Assembly (NCBI GenBank): GCA_027493375.1
Contig: JAPVWO010000059.1
Span: 6,507 to 70,506, forward strand
Reading direction: 5' to 3'
DNA from: Candidatus Multivorans thiocomprendens
GTDB lineage: Bacteria > Acidobacteriota > Thermoanaerobaculia > Multivoradales > Multivoraceae
DNA length: 64,000 bases
The position numbers and the translations under genes are program-made. Shown here piece by piece: positions 8,401 through 17,037 of the stretch (positions within the stretch are counted from its first letter, which is position 1; the number at the start of each line of letters is the position of its first letter). The notes below the pieces were generated by a model, which was not told the origin of the DNA, made no database searches, and worked only from the letters and a program-made list of their open reading frames with translations.

Positions 8401-8872
8401 AGACGACCAGGACGCGCTCGACGAGTCCGCGGAGCTTGAGTTCACGAAGCAAGAGCCCCGCCATGATCGTCTTGCCGGCACCCGCGTCGTCGGCGAGCAG
8501 GAACCGCACGCTCGGCAGCTTGAGAAGGTGGTCGTAGACGGCCTCCAATTGGTGAGGCAGCGGATCGACCCGGGAGGTCGACAGGCCGAAGTAGGGGTCG
8601 AACTCGTAGGCGATGCCCAGCGCGTAGGCCTGAAGCCCCAGGCGCAGCAACCGTCCATCGCCGTTGTAGGAGAGAGACGCGTCGGCCACGTCGAGCCTGG
8701 CGATGTCGTCCGGCGTTAGCGTGACTCGGCGGAACCGCTCGCTTTGTTGGCCGACTAGGCCGGCTACCCACACGCCGGGACCGTTCGGCCGGACGGTTTC
8801 GACCCGCATCGGCTCGCTGAACAGCGGACCGGTCAGAACTTGTCCTTCGCGGATGGCGGCCTCGGTTTTCAA
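5462..8872 (-). CDS. SNF2-family helicase (DEAH box plus helicase-C) with a C-terminal DUF3883 restriction-endonuclease-like domain, 1136 aa, TTG start
   Basis: Motifs LLADDAGAGKT (Walker A), VIVDEAH (DEAH), and helicase-C ...VATEAAGEGINLQ...QRMGRIHRYGQ. The C-terminus ...GYDITSLDL...LIEIKG...YWLYVV resembles DUF3883. Confidence 0.85.
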   Translation of the reverse strand: MKTEAAIREGQVLTGPLFSEPMRVETVRPNGPGVWVAGLVGQQSERFRRVTLTPDDIARLDVADASLSYNGDGRLLRLGLQAYALGIAYEFDPYFGLSTSRVDPLPHQLEAVYDHLLKLPSVRFLLADDAGAGKTIMAGLLLRELKLRGLVERVLVVCPANLTFQWQRELSEKFDEKFIVLKGSDIRDQFGVNQWMERNQIITSLDLAKRDEILPGLEQVHWDLVIVDEAHRMSARDESHKSLRYKLGELLRDRADHILLLTATPHKGDPKNFSLFLQLLDRDVYADVTSIRAAMNQRRAPFYLRRTKEAMVYFPDRQEDGSWAAKPVFTKRIPRTADFAIDGPEFDLYDRVTRFVKRQSRLAAARGDDPRARAVGFLMALYQRRLASSTYAMRRSLENRATRLEKALTEAEDIVVAAPPILPTAEELEEFEDAAREELERLLEAITLTGNAEQVGEEIDELRQLAEEAAAVEGAGNEAKLGHLRQVLRDEGFFDRPDQRLLIFTEFKDTLDHLLGHLRTWGFSAGCIHGSMKPGSRDEPGTRLYTEQQFREGAIQVLVATEAAGEGINLQCCHILFNYDIPWNPNRLEQRMGRIHRYGQKHDCLIFNFVATNTIEGRVLQRLLQKLQKIRDALDDDAVFNVVGEILPSAQVERTLRDYYAGKLGDADLEDRLLRNVDEGRFRDICQTALEGLASRKLNLDMLVERQARARERRVVPETIARFIGETASNANLRLRPVTNLPHGFDPGRTPLDLKKYERRPSWRRPELAARYPRLSTDRHTAEQHSLEWVTPGHPLFEALRLHSLDQGQDSLARGACFHSIAHEAPARLDFYRARVVDGLGKVIHERLFALELQPDGPPRLRAPDALGNLTPASSPEPLPAAAFLPEATAWLDENALRPFLREVRDERLEEVERIAEHVGLSLTAAIQRTDDEIGHAAQETQQDVQGAQGRLARAENRHAELLARRDQRRDELDRQRAVTLQAVERLASALILPHPDRNAPDLRNLRPHPETEMTAMQIVIEHEKARGRHVEDVHQQNLGYDITSLDLESGELRLIEIKGLAGTKGSVLLTPNERRVAEDRRDCYWLYVVTDCAKTPQLQEPVHDPARFPWRDVTKVAHYHLDVDALRQTDPTGTM

Positions 8873-9025
8873 TGTGTTGAGTAGTCCTGGATGCGCGACC
8901 TTGGACCAGCCTCGAACGAGAGGCGACTGCTTCTCAAGGACGACGGCAGAAGATAGGCGGTGGCGAATGTGGCGTCAATGGTCTGACTGGCCTGACGGCG
9001 TAGATCGCGCAAGGTCTGTTCCCGG

Positions 9026-10954
9026 CTACTCCCGCGGCCGCAGGACCCGCCGCCGGTCGCCCTCCCGCCGCGTCAGCCGCTGCCGGTCCAGGTGCTCGAG
9101 CAGCGGAATCGCCCACTTGCGGGTCAGGCCGAAGCGGTCCTTGAAGTCGGCGACGGTGAACGTGTCCCAGCCGGTGGCGAGAAGGTCGGCCTGAAACCGT
9201 TCCAGGGCGGACGCTGCGAGGAGGAGGCCGCTGGGCAGCCGGACCAGCTTGCCGCGCTCCACCAGGTAGCGGAGCACGCCGTCGAAGACCTGGGGCTTGG
9301 CCCCCAGGGTGCGGCAGAGCTCCTCGGGAGAGCCGGGGGTCAGTCCCTGTTCCTTGAAGCCTCCGACGATGTCCCGCGCCAGCCTGGACTCTGCGCCGGT
9401 CAGTTCGCTGGCGCGGCCCGGGAGAGTCACGAGTTCGCCGTCCGTGACGACGCTCAAGTCCTTGCCGCCGCGGCTCGACCAGTCCAGGTAGGCCGGGGCG
9501 AGGTCGGCGGCGCGCGCGCCCAGCAGCCGGCGGACGAGCTCGGCCTTCGGCATGCCGCGAGACAGGCGGTCGGCGGCGAAGTGCGCCTCGACGAGACGCC
9601 GGGCACGGCGTGTCACGCGACGGACGGTCGCCGCGGTGACGAAGCGGCCGCCGGCGCCCGCCTCGAGCAGCAGGCTCGCCTGAGCGGCGCCGTTCAGCAC
9701 CTCCCGGGCGTCGGCGGGGACGACGCCCAGGCGCAGGGCGAGTTCGGTCACGGCCAGACCGGCCTCGCGGCTGTCGGCGGCCCACTGCACGGCGGCGGCC
9801 TGCCGGTCGCCGGCGTCCAGCGCCTCGATCGTCGGCGCGAGAGCCTTGCCTCGAGGACGCCTCCAGGCCGGGTCGAGCACCGCGCCGCCGCCTAACGTTG
9901 TCTGGGGCGAGGGCCTGCGGATGACGAAGCGGTCGCCGCGAACCGCCACCAGGGGCTCGTCGAGCCGGATCTCCGCCAGCGCTTCCTGGCCCGGGACAAG
10001 CCGTTCGGTCTCGAGCGGCCGGAGCTTGCCGATCCGCTGCGCTGCGTTGACGTGAAGCCGCACCGGGCTGCTGCCGTCGAGCGGTTCGGGCGCCGTGGCG
10101 AGCAGCCGGCAGCGCACGAGCAGGGAAGTCGTGGCGCGGTAGACGGCGGGGGCGGTCAGTTCGTGGCCGCGGGCGACCTGCTCAAGATCGACGCCGACGA
10201 GCTGGAGCGACGTGCGCTCGCCGGCTTCCGCCTGCTGGCGGCGGTCGCCGTGGACCTCGATGCTGCGCACCCGGGCACGGCCGGCGGCGGGCAGGATATC
10301 CAGCTCATCGCCGACGCATACGGTCCCGCGGGCGAGCGTGCCGGTGACCAGCACGCCGAGTCCCCGCAGGTGAAAGGCCCGGTCGATCGGCAGCCGGGCG
10401 GGCAGACGGCGATAGCGGTCGATCGGGGCCGCCGACCTGGCGAGCTCCACCAGGGCCGCGCGGAGCTGCTCCAGGCCTTCGCCGCTCTGGGCCGACACCG
10501 GCAGGATCGGCGCGCCGGCGAACGGGGTGTCGGCCAGCGCCTCCTTGAGCTCCAGCTCGGCAAGCTCCACCAGGTCGGGCGACACGAGGTCCGTCTTCGA
10601 CAGCACCGCCAGGCCGGCCGGGATCCGGAGCAGCGAGCAGATCGCGAGGTGCTCCAGGGTCTGCGGCATGACCCCTTCGTCGGCGGCCACGACCAGCACC
10701 ATCATCTGGATGCCGCCGAGCCCTGCGAGGGCGTTGTGGACGAAGCGCTCGTGTCCGGGCACATCGACGAAGCCGATCTGCCAGCCGTCCTCGACCATCG
10801 AGGCGAAGCCGAGGTCGATCGTGATGCCGCGCTGCTTCTCCTCTTCCCAGCGGTCGCAGTCGACCCCGGTCAGGGCCTGGACCAGCCGTGTCTTGCCGTG
10901 ATCGACGTGGCCCGCGGTGCCGACGACGAACCGGTTGGCGGCTATCTCGCTCAC
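9026..10954 (-). CDS. selB: Selenocysteine-specific elongation factor SelB (GTG start overlapping the upstream regulator stop)
   Basis: GTAGHVDHGKTRLVQALTG...DLGFA GTPase motifs plus a long C-terminal winged-helix region. The ORF-track N-terminal extension has no start candidates; GTGA overlap at 10951-10954. Confidence 0.85.
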   Translation of the reverse strand: MSEIAANRFVVGTAGHVDHGKTRLVQALTGVDCDRWEEEKQRGITIDLGFASMVEDGWQIGFVDVPGHERFVHNALAGLGGIQMMVLVVAADEGVMPQTLEHLAICSLLRIPAGLAVLSKTDLVSPDLVELAELELKEALADTPFAGAPILPVSAQSGEGLEQLRAALVELARSAAPIDRYRRLPARLPIDRAFHLRGLGVLVTGTLARGTVCVGDELDILPAAGRARVRSIEVHGDRRQQAEAGERTSLQLVGVDLEQVARGHELTAPAVYRATTSLLVRCRLLATAPEPLDGSSPVRLHVNAAQRIGKLRPLETERLVPGQEALAEIRLDEPLVAVRGDRFVIRRPSPQTTLGGGAVLDPAWRRPRGKALAPTIEALDAGDRQAAAVQWAADSREAGLAVTELALRLGVVPADAREVLNGAAQASLLLEAGAGGRFVTAATVRRVTRRARRLVEAHFAADRLSRGMPKAELVRRLLGARAADLAPAYLDWSSRGGKDLSVVTDGELVTLPGRASELTGAESRLARDIVGGFKEQGLTPGSPEELCRTLGAKPQVFDGVLRYLVERGKLVRLPSGLLLAASALERFQADLLATGWDTFTVADFKDRFGLTRKWAIPLLEHLDRQRLTRREGDRRRVLRPRE

Positions 10955-12318
10955 GAACCGCGTTCGGGGTCGATGCCGTAGGCCTGGAGCTTGCGGTACA
11001 GGTGGCGGCGGTCGACTCCGAGGTCCCGGGCGGTCTGGGAGACGTTGCCGCCGGCGGCGCCGAGCCGGCGCTCGATGTAGAGCCGCTCGAAGGTCTCGCG
11101 GGCCTCCTTGAGCGAGGCGTAGTCGTTGCCCACCTGGGCGATCGCGTCCGCCCCGCGTACCCGAGGCGGCAGGTCCCCTTCCATGACCACGTCGCCGGGC
11201 GCCATGATCATCAGGCGTTCGCTCAGGTTGCGGAGTTCCCGCACGTTCCCCGGCCACGAGTAGGCGACCAGCCGTTCGAGCGCCCGGGGGTCGACCGTCT
11301 TCGGACGGCGGCCGGCCTCGGCGGCGAAGCGTTCGAGGAAGTGGTCGATCAGGGCCGGGATGTCCCGGCGCCGCTCGCGAAGGGCCGGCACGTGGAGCGG
11401 AATGACGGCGAGCCGGAAGTAGAGGTCCTCGCGGAACCGGCCGGCGGGGAGTTCGTCCTCTTCCAGGTTCTTGTTCGTCGCCGCCAGCACCCGCACGTCA
11501 ACGTCGATCGGCTCGGAACCTCCCACCCGCTCGAACCGTTGCTCCTCCAGCACGCGCAGCACCTTGGCCTGAGTGTTCAGCGACATGTCGGCGATCTCGT
11601 CCAGAAACAGGGTGCCTCCGTCGGCCTGTTCGAACCGTCCGCGGCGGTTCTCCGAGGCGCCGGTGAAGGCGCCCTTGATGTGCCCGAAGAGCTCGCTCTC
11701 GATGAGTTCCTCCGGGATCGCGGCGCAGTTCACTTCGACGAAGGCGCGGCTCCTGCGCTGGGAGAGGCCGTGGATGCGTCTCGCGACGAGCTCCTTGCCC
11801 GTGCCGTTCTCGCCGGTGATCAGGATCCGGCTCTCGGCGCGCGCCGAGAGCTTCAACTCGTCCTTCAATTGCCGCATGGACGGCGAGTCGCCGATGAGCT
11901 GCCGCTCGGGATCGAGCCGGTTCGACAGTTCCCGCACCTCGCGTTCGAGACGTTTCCGCTCCAGGGCGTTCTCGACCGACACGACGACCCGGTTGAGCGC
12001 CAGCGGCTTCTCCAGGAAGTCGTGCGCGCCGATGCGCATCGCCTTGACCGCCGTGTCGATGTTGCCGTGGCCGGAGATGACGATGACCGGCGTCTGGAAG
12101 TCGCCCTCGCGGAGTTCCTCCAGGATCTCCAGGCCGTCGCGGTCGGGCAGCCAGACGTCGAGCAGGACGAGGTCGAACTCGTCGCTCGCCATCAGCGCCT
12201 GGCCGCTCACCGCGTCCGCCGCCGCCGCCACCGAGTGGCCTTCGTCCTCGAGGATGTCCCGCAGGGTCTGGCGGATGCCGGCCTCGTCGTCGACGATCAG
12301 AATGCGCGCCTTGCTCAT
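10951..12318 (-). CDS. Sigma-54-dependent response regulator (NtrC/NtrX family)
   Basis: REC domain (ILIVDDE...D), AAA+ sigma-54 interaction domain (GENGTGKELVAR, GAFTGA), C-terminal Fis-type HTH. Confidence 0.85.
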   Translation of the reverse strand: MSKARILIVDDEAGIRQTLRDILEDEGHSVAAAADAVSGQALMASDEFDLVLLDVWLPDRDGLEILEELREGDFQTPVIVISGHGNIDTAVKAMRIGAHDFLEKPLALNRVVVSVENALERKRLEREVRELSNRLDPERQLIGDSPSMRQLKDELKLSARAESRILITGENGTGKELVARRIHGLSQRRSRAFVEVNCAAIPEELIESELFGHIKGAFTGASENRRGRFEQADGGTLFLDEIADMSLNTQAKVLRVLEEQRFERVGGSEPIDVDVRVLAATNKNLEEDELPAGRFREDLYFRLAVIPLHVPALRERRRDIPALIDHFLERFAAEAGRRPKTVDPRALERLVAYSWPGNVRELRNLSERLMIMAPGDVVMEGDLPPRVRGADAIAQVGNDYASLKEARETFERLYIERRLGAAGGNVSQTARDLGVDRRHLYRKLQAYGIDPERGS

Positions 12319-12342
12319 CGTTGGATGCCGGTGAGCGCGGTT

Positions 12343-14616
12343 CTACCGCTGCGCCTCGGACTGGGGCAGTTCGGACTGGGGTAACTCGATGGTGAAGGTC
12401 GTGCCGCGAGGCTCGTTGTCCTCGACCCGGATCGAGCCGTTGTGGTCGCTGACGATGCGCTGGACGATGGCCAGGCCCAGCCCAGAACCCCGTCCCTTGG
12501 TCGAAAAGTAGGGCAGGAAGAGTTTCTCGCGGGCTCCCTTCGGCACACCGCTGCCCGTGTCCCTGACCGAGAGGTCGAGGACCCCGTTGCCGCGGCCGGC
12601 CCGGACCGTCACCTGGCCGGGCGGGTTGGTGGCGGCGATGGCGTTGTCCAGCAGGTTGACCAGGGCGGAGCGCATCTGGTCGGCGTCGAGCTTGGCGTGG
12701 AGACCCTCCTTGCCGGCCTCGATGCGCGCCTCGATCTCGACGCCGGGTTTCAGCTCGCGGTAGAGGTCGACCGTTTCGCTGATGAGCTTCGCCATGTCGA
12801 CATCGCGGGGCTGGGGGCGCCGCATGCGGGCGTAGCGCGCGAACTGGTCCACGAGGTTCTGCATGTTGCCGACCTCGCGGACGACGATCTGCGCTCCCTC
12901 CTCGACCGCGGCGCCGAGGCTCGCGTCGTTGCTCTGCGCCTTGCGCAGCAGTCGCTCCGCGGCCAGCTTGATCGGAGTCAGCGGGTTCTTGATCTCGTGG
13001 GCGATCCGGCGCGCGGCTTCCGTCCAGGTGGCGGCCTTCTGGGCGTCGAGCAGCGCGGTCAGATCCTCGATCACGAGGACGTGGCCGAGCAGCTCGAAGC
13101 CGCCGCTGCCGTCCGGCGCGCGCAACGGGCTGGTCTTGACCTCGAGAGTCTTCCAGTCGTCCCTGCCGCCGAGGCTGACTTCGCGGCGGGCCGGGGTCGC
13201 CCCCGAGCGCCGCGGGCCGGTCGCCCCCCGGACCGTCGAATCCGGCAGATCGGCGAACACGGCCTCGACGCCCTTGTCCGGGAGCAGCTCGCTCAGGGCC
13301 TCGGGCGGCGCGCCGGCGAGCGAAACGTGCGATGGAAGCCCCAGCATCTCCACCGCGGCACGGTTGCACGTCAGGATACGGCCGTCACGATCGAGCGAGA
13401 GCACGCCGGCCGGCCCGCTCTCCAGCACCGCTTCGATGCGGGCGCGCTCGGCGTCCAGGCGGCGGTTCGTCGCCACCAGGTCCCGGTTCGATTCCTGCAG
13501 CGCGTCGGTCATCCGGTTGAAGGAGTCGACCAGGATCTGGACCTCGTCGTCGGCGGCTGCCTCGACCCGGTGTTCCAGGTCGCCGCCGGCGATGCGCCGG
13601 GTGCCGTCCGCCAGCGCTTCGATCGGGCCGGTGACCCGGCCGGCGAGGTAGAGACCGACCCAGCAGGAGACGAGCAGAATGCACAGGGTCACGGTCAGGA
13701 AGAGGAGCCAGTACGCGGCCCGGATCTCGTCGCGTTGGGCGTGCAGTTGCCGCCGGGACTGGTAGGCGGCGATCAGGGTCTCCGTGCTGCCGGCGAGCTC
13801 GGCATCGAGCAGCCTGCCGGCGACGGCCACGGTGGTCTCGGCGCCGCCTTCCCGGGCCGCCGCGGCGAGGATGAGTCGCTCCTCGCTGCCGGACACTTCG
13901 CCGATGGCCCGGGCGGCGCCGGTGCGGACCGCTTCGAGCAGCATGCCGCGGGTCGGCTCGGGTACCTCGGAAAGAGCCTGGGGATTCACTGTGGCCTGGA
14001 GGAAGGTGGTGTTCCGGTAGACCGCCAGGTAGTCGAGGTCGGCTTCGGAACGGGCCTCGCCGAGCGCCCCCAGCAGCCGGCCGCGCCCGCGCGGACTATC
14101 CAGGTCCAGGCTCCCGGTGTCGGTGAGAAAGCGTTCGGCGTCGCGCAGCAATTCGTCCTGCCGGGTCGAGGTCAGGGCCTGGGAGACCTGGTTGGCCGGT
14201 TCCAGCAGGTCGTCGATGTCGGTCCGGAACATGCGGTCGATCGAGCCCTGGAGCAGTTCCGTGGCGTAGGCGAACAGGACGAGTCCGGGGATCAGCGACA
14301 GGCCGATGTAGGTGAGGATCAGCTTCGTCCGGAACTTGGCGCCCAGACGCTGGCGCCGGCGCTCGATCCACAGCTTGGTCAGGTTGCGGACGAGCACGAA
14401 GGCGACGACCAGGATCAGCACCACGTTCAGATTGCGCAGCGCGAACAGCAGGATGCTGTTGTTGAGCACCGTGGGGTCGATCTCGCGGCCGCGCTGGAGC
14501 GCGTAGTAGCCCGCAGTCGGTACGGCGAGGGAGAGCGCCAGGAGCCAGACCAGGAAGCGGTTGGTCTTGATGAGTTCGCGCAGGGGCGGGCGGCTCGCGG
14601 TCAGGCGTTGGATCAC
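12343..14616 (-). CDS. Sensor histidine kinase, NtrY-like (TM-HAMP-PAS-HisKA-HATPase)
   Basis: N-terminal transmembrane segments, H-box IAHEIKNPLTPI, C-terminal HATPase G-boxes (GSGLGLAIV). Confidence 0.85.
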   Translation of the reverse strand: MIQRLTASRPPLRELIKTNRFLVWLLALSLAVPTAGYYALQRGREIDPTVLNNSILLFALRNLNVVLILVVAFVLVRNLTKLWIERRRQRLGAKFRTKLILTYIGLSLIPGLVLFAYATELLQGSIDRMFRTDIDDLLEPANQVSQALTSTRQDELLRDAERFLTDTGSLDLDSPRGRGRLLGALGEARSEADLDYLAVYRNTTFLQATVNPQALSEVPEPTRGMLLEAVRTGAARAIGEVSGSEERLILAAAAREGGAETTVAVAGRLLDAELAGSTETLIAAYQSRRQLHAQRDEIRAAYWLLFLTVTLCILLVSCWVGLYLAGRVTGPIEALADGTRRIAGGDLEHRVEAAADDEVQILVDSFNRMTDALQESNRDLVATNRRLDAERARIEAVLESGPAGVLSLDRDGRILTCNRAAVEMLGLPSHVSLAGAPPEALSELLPDKGVEAVFADLPDSTVRGATGPRRSGATPARREVSLGGRDDWKTLEVKTSPLRAPDGSGGFELLGHVLVIEDLTALLDAQKAATWTEAARRIAHEIKNPLTPIKLAAERLLRKAQSNDASLGAAVEEGAQIVVREVGNMQNLVDQFARYARMRRPQPRDVDMAKLISETVDLYRELKPGVEIEARIEAGKEGLHAKLDADQMRSALVNLLDNAIAATNPPGQVTVRAGRGNGVLDLSVRDTGSGVPKGAREKLFLPYFSTKGRGSGLGLAIVQRIVSDHNGSIRVEDNEPRGTTFTIELPQSELPQSEAQR

Positions 14617-15227
14617 TCGGCCTCCCCGCTGCCGATCCGGCGCTGGGCGGACGGGAAGGGCGTCGTCTGGGCCCAGGCGGTGTGGACCCGGTCCGGAATC
14701 AGGCCGAGCCGGGTTCGGGTCCGGACTTCGGCGCGCACTCGCAGCACGAGTCGCCCCGGCGGTTCATCGACGAGCTCTACCGACGGCAGTCGCTCGAAGG
14801 TCGTCAGCGCTCGCTCCAGGTCCTCCGGCGAGATCACGACCCGGCTGGCGTAGAGCTCCCCGTCGCGCTTGAAGTTGACGAGGTACTCACGGGTGAGGGC
14901 GTTGTACATCGCCACGACCTGCAACCGGGTGGCGGCGACGGCCTTGTCGAACCAGCGCCGCCTGATCCGCCGGACCTGGATGTCGTAGGTGAAGCCGGTC
15001 GGCAGTCCGCTCTCGATCTTCTCCCAGGTGCGTTCGTCAAGCGCCCGGTCCAGGCGGAAGCTGACCAGCAGCACCGGACCCTCGCGCACGGCGGAGAGTG
15101 CGGTGATGGCGGCTTTGGCGGACCGGCCGGAGGCTTCTCGCGGAGGCTGTGCCGCGAGTGCGTCGCCGCCCAGAACGCTCGACAGGCTGAGCGCGCAGAT
15201 CAGCCGTCCCGCCCGCGGGACTCTCAT
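14613..15227 (-). CDS. DUF4390-family periplasmic protein (signal peptide)
   Basis: The position just upstream of the NtrY-like kinase is typical; secreted about 200 aa; LVSFRLD...TYDIQVRR pattern. Confidence 0.55.
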   Translation of the reverse strand: MRVPRAGRLICALSLSSVLGGDALAAQPPREASGRSAKAAITALSAVREGPVLLVSFRLDRALDERTWEKIESGLPTGFTYDIQVRRIRRRWFDKAVAATRLQVVAMYNALTREYLVNFKRDGELYASRVVISPEDLERALTTFERLPSVELVDEPPGRLVLRVRAEVRTRTRLGLIPDRVHTAWAQTTPFPSAQRRIGSGEAE

Positions 15228-15282
15228 GGCGTGACCCTACCAGTCCGCGGCGTACCTGCGCCCCGCGGGAGGATCGAGGCGG

Positions 15283-16281
15283 CTACGGGGGCGGACCGGC
15301 GAAACCGGGATGCCAGGTCGGCGGCCGGTCGCCGTCGAGCGGGCGATCCGCTTCCGGCGGCAGTTCGTCGCCGCGCAGCCAAGTCCAGCAGCGCGAGTTG
15401 GCGACGAGTTTCCTCAGCAACTCGTAGTGGAGTTGGTGGCCGCCCCGCAGAACCTCGAAGTGGCCCCAGATCGGCGCTCCGAGCAGGGTGAAGTCTCCCA
15501 CCGCGTCGAGCGCCTTGTGCCGAACCGGCTCGTCCGTGAAACGGAGGTCCGTGTTCACCGCGCCGTGTTCGTCGAAGACGATGCAGTTGTCGACCGACCC
15601 GCCCAGCCCCAGTCCGGCTCGCTGCATCTGTTCGACGTCCATCTCCCGGCAGAAGGTCCGCGCAGGCGCCAGACCGCGCTCGAAGCTGCGCGTGTCGACG
15701 TCGATCTGCAACCTCTGGCGTCCCACGGCGCAGCCTTCGAAGTCGATCGTGTAGTCCAGGCGCAGGCCGGGGTAGGGCGATGCGCGCAGCCACTTGTCGC
15801 CGCGGTCGATCTCGATCACCGAAGTGATCGCGAGGATCTGCCGGTTCGCGTTCTGGGACCTCACTCCCGCCGCCTGCAGCAAGAGCAGGTAGGGCATCGC
15901 CGAGCCGTCGAGGATCGGCACCTCGGGGCCGTCCATCTCGACGACCAGGTTGTCGATGCCGAGGATGTAGACGGCGGCGAGGAGGTGCTCGACGGTGGAG
16001 ACGGTCACATCGTCGCGACCGAGCGTGGTGGCGAGTTCGAGGGAACTGACGCTCGTCAGGTCGGCGGGAACCTCCACGTTGCCGGCATCCGCGCGGCGGA
16101 AACGGATGCCCGCGCCGGGCGGCGCCGGCAGGATGCGCAGATTCGTCTCCCGGCCGGTGTGAATGCCCACGCCGGAGATCGCCGTCGGACGCCGGATCGT
16201 CTGCTGGAGGAAGAGGCGGTCACGCGTGTCGTTGGACCGTCGCCGGGAGTTCCGGCCGGATCCGTTGGGGCGCTTTGCCAT
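15283..16281 (-). CDS. lpxC: UDP-3-O-acyl-N-acetylglucosamine deacetylase LpxC (true start probably near 16200)
   Basis: TIRRPTAISGVGIHTGRETNLRILPAPPGAGIRFRR aligns to the LpxC N-terminus; the ORF-track start gives a non-homologous 25-aa extension. Confidence 0.85.
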   Translation of the reverse strand: MAKRPNGSGRNSRRRSNDTRDRLFLQQTIRRPTAISGVGIHTGRETNLRILPAPPGAGIRFRRADAGNVEVPADLTSVSSLELATTLGRDDVTVSTVEHLLAAVYILGIDNLVVEMDGPEVPILDGSAMPYLLLLQAAGVRSQNANRQILAITSVIEIDRGDKWLRASPYPGLRLDYTIDFEGCAVGRQRLQIDVDTRSFERGLAPARTFCREMDVEQMQRAGLGLGGSVDNCIVFDEHGAVNTDLRFTDEPVRHKALDAVGDFTLLGAPIWGHFEVLRGGHQLHYELLRKLVANSRCWTWLRGDELPPEADRPLDGDRPPTWHPGFAGPPP

Positions 16282-16515
16282 CGAACAGGTGTTTCAGCAC
16301 GGATCGTGCCAGCCCGGCGATGGTCTTCGCTCCTTTGCAAGTTCCTTGTTTTTCGGGGATTTACGTCGGTGTCCGGGACTCGTCGGTGATCCGGTATGTG
16401 GCGTTTACGCCACACCTCTGTGGCGCTTCGGCCGCATCGCGACCGCCTGCGTCGGGGCGTCCGCGGAGAGTAGACTCACTCGGCAAGATGTACCGAACGC
16501 CGGAAACGAACACCG

Positions 16516-17037
16516 ATGGCCAGGCGCAGCAAACAGAAGCAGCGGTCGCTCGCGGGCGGGAACGCTCTGGCGGTCAATCGAAAGGCCCGGCGGGAGTATC
16601 GCGTCCTGGAACGGCTGGAGGCCGGCATCGAGCTCCTGGGCACCGAGGTCAAGTCGATCAGGGGCGGCAAGATCCAGCTACGCGACAGCTACGTGGCCTT
16701 TCGTGACCACGAGGCCTGGCTGCTGGACGCTCACGTTTCGGCGTACAGCCACGGGAACCGGGAGAACCACGATCTCGAGCGGCCCAGGCGGCTGCTCCTG
16801 AATCGGCGCGAGATCGACCGCCTGTTCGGGCGTACCCGCGACCGGGGCCTGACGGTGGTGCCGCTGTCCGTCTACCTGAAAGGGAACCGGATCAAGGTCG
16901 AGCTGGCCCTGGCCGAAGGCAGGAAGTTGCACGACAAGCGCGAACGGGAACGGGAGCGGACCCTCGACCGCGAGGCCGGCGAGGTGTTCCGCGGCCGGCG
17001 GCGCATGCGGTCGGACGCGCCGGAGGAAACGCGGTGA
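16516..17037 (+). CDS. smpB: SsrA-binding protein SmpB
   Basis: VKSIRGGK...LRDSY...LLNRREI motifs. Confidence 0.9.
   Translation: MARRSKQKQRSLAGGNALAVNRKARREYRVLERLEAGIELLGTEVKSIRGGKIQLRDSYVAFRDHEAWLLDAHVSAYSHGNRENHDLERPRRLLLNRREIDRLFGRTRDRGLTVVPLSVYLKGNRIKVELALAEGRKLHDKRERERERTLDREAGEVFRGRRRMRSDAPEETR

Noticed and set aside
16282-16515. Looked for a tmRNA (ssrA) next to smpB
   Set aside because: No tRNA-like acceptor or T-arm and no tag-peptide reading frame, and the interval is too short.
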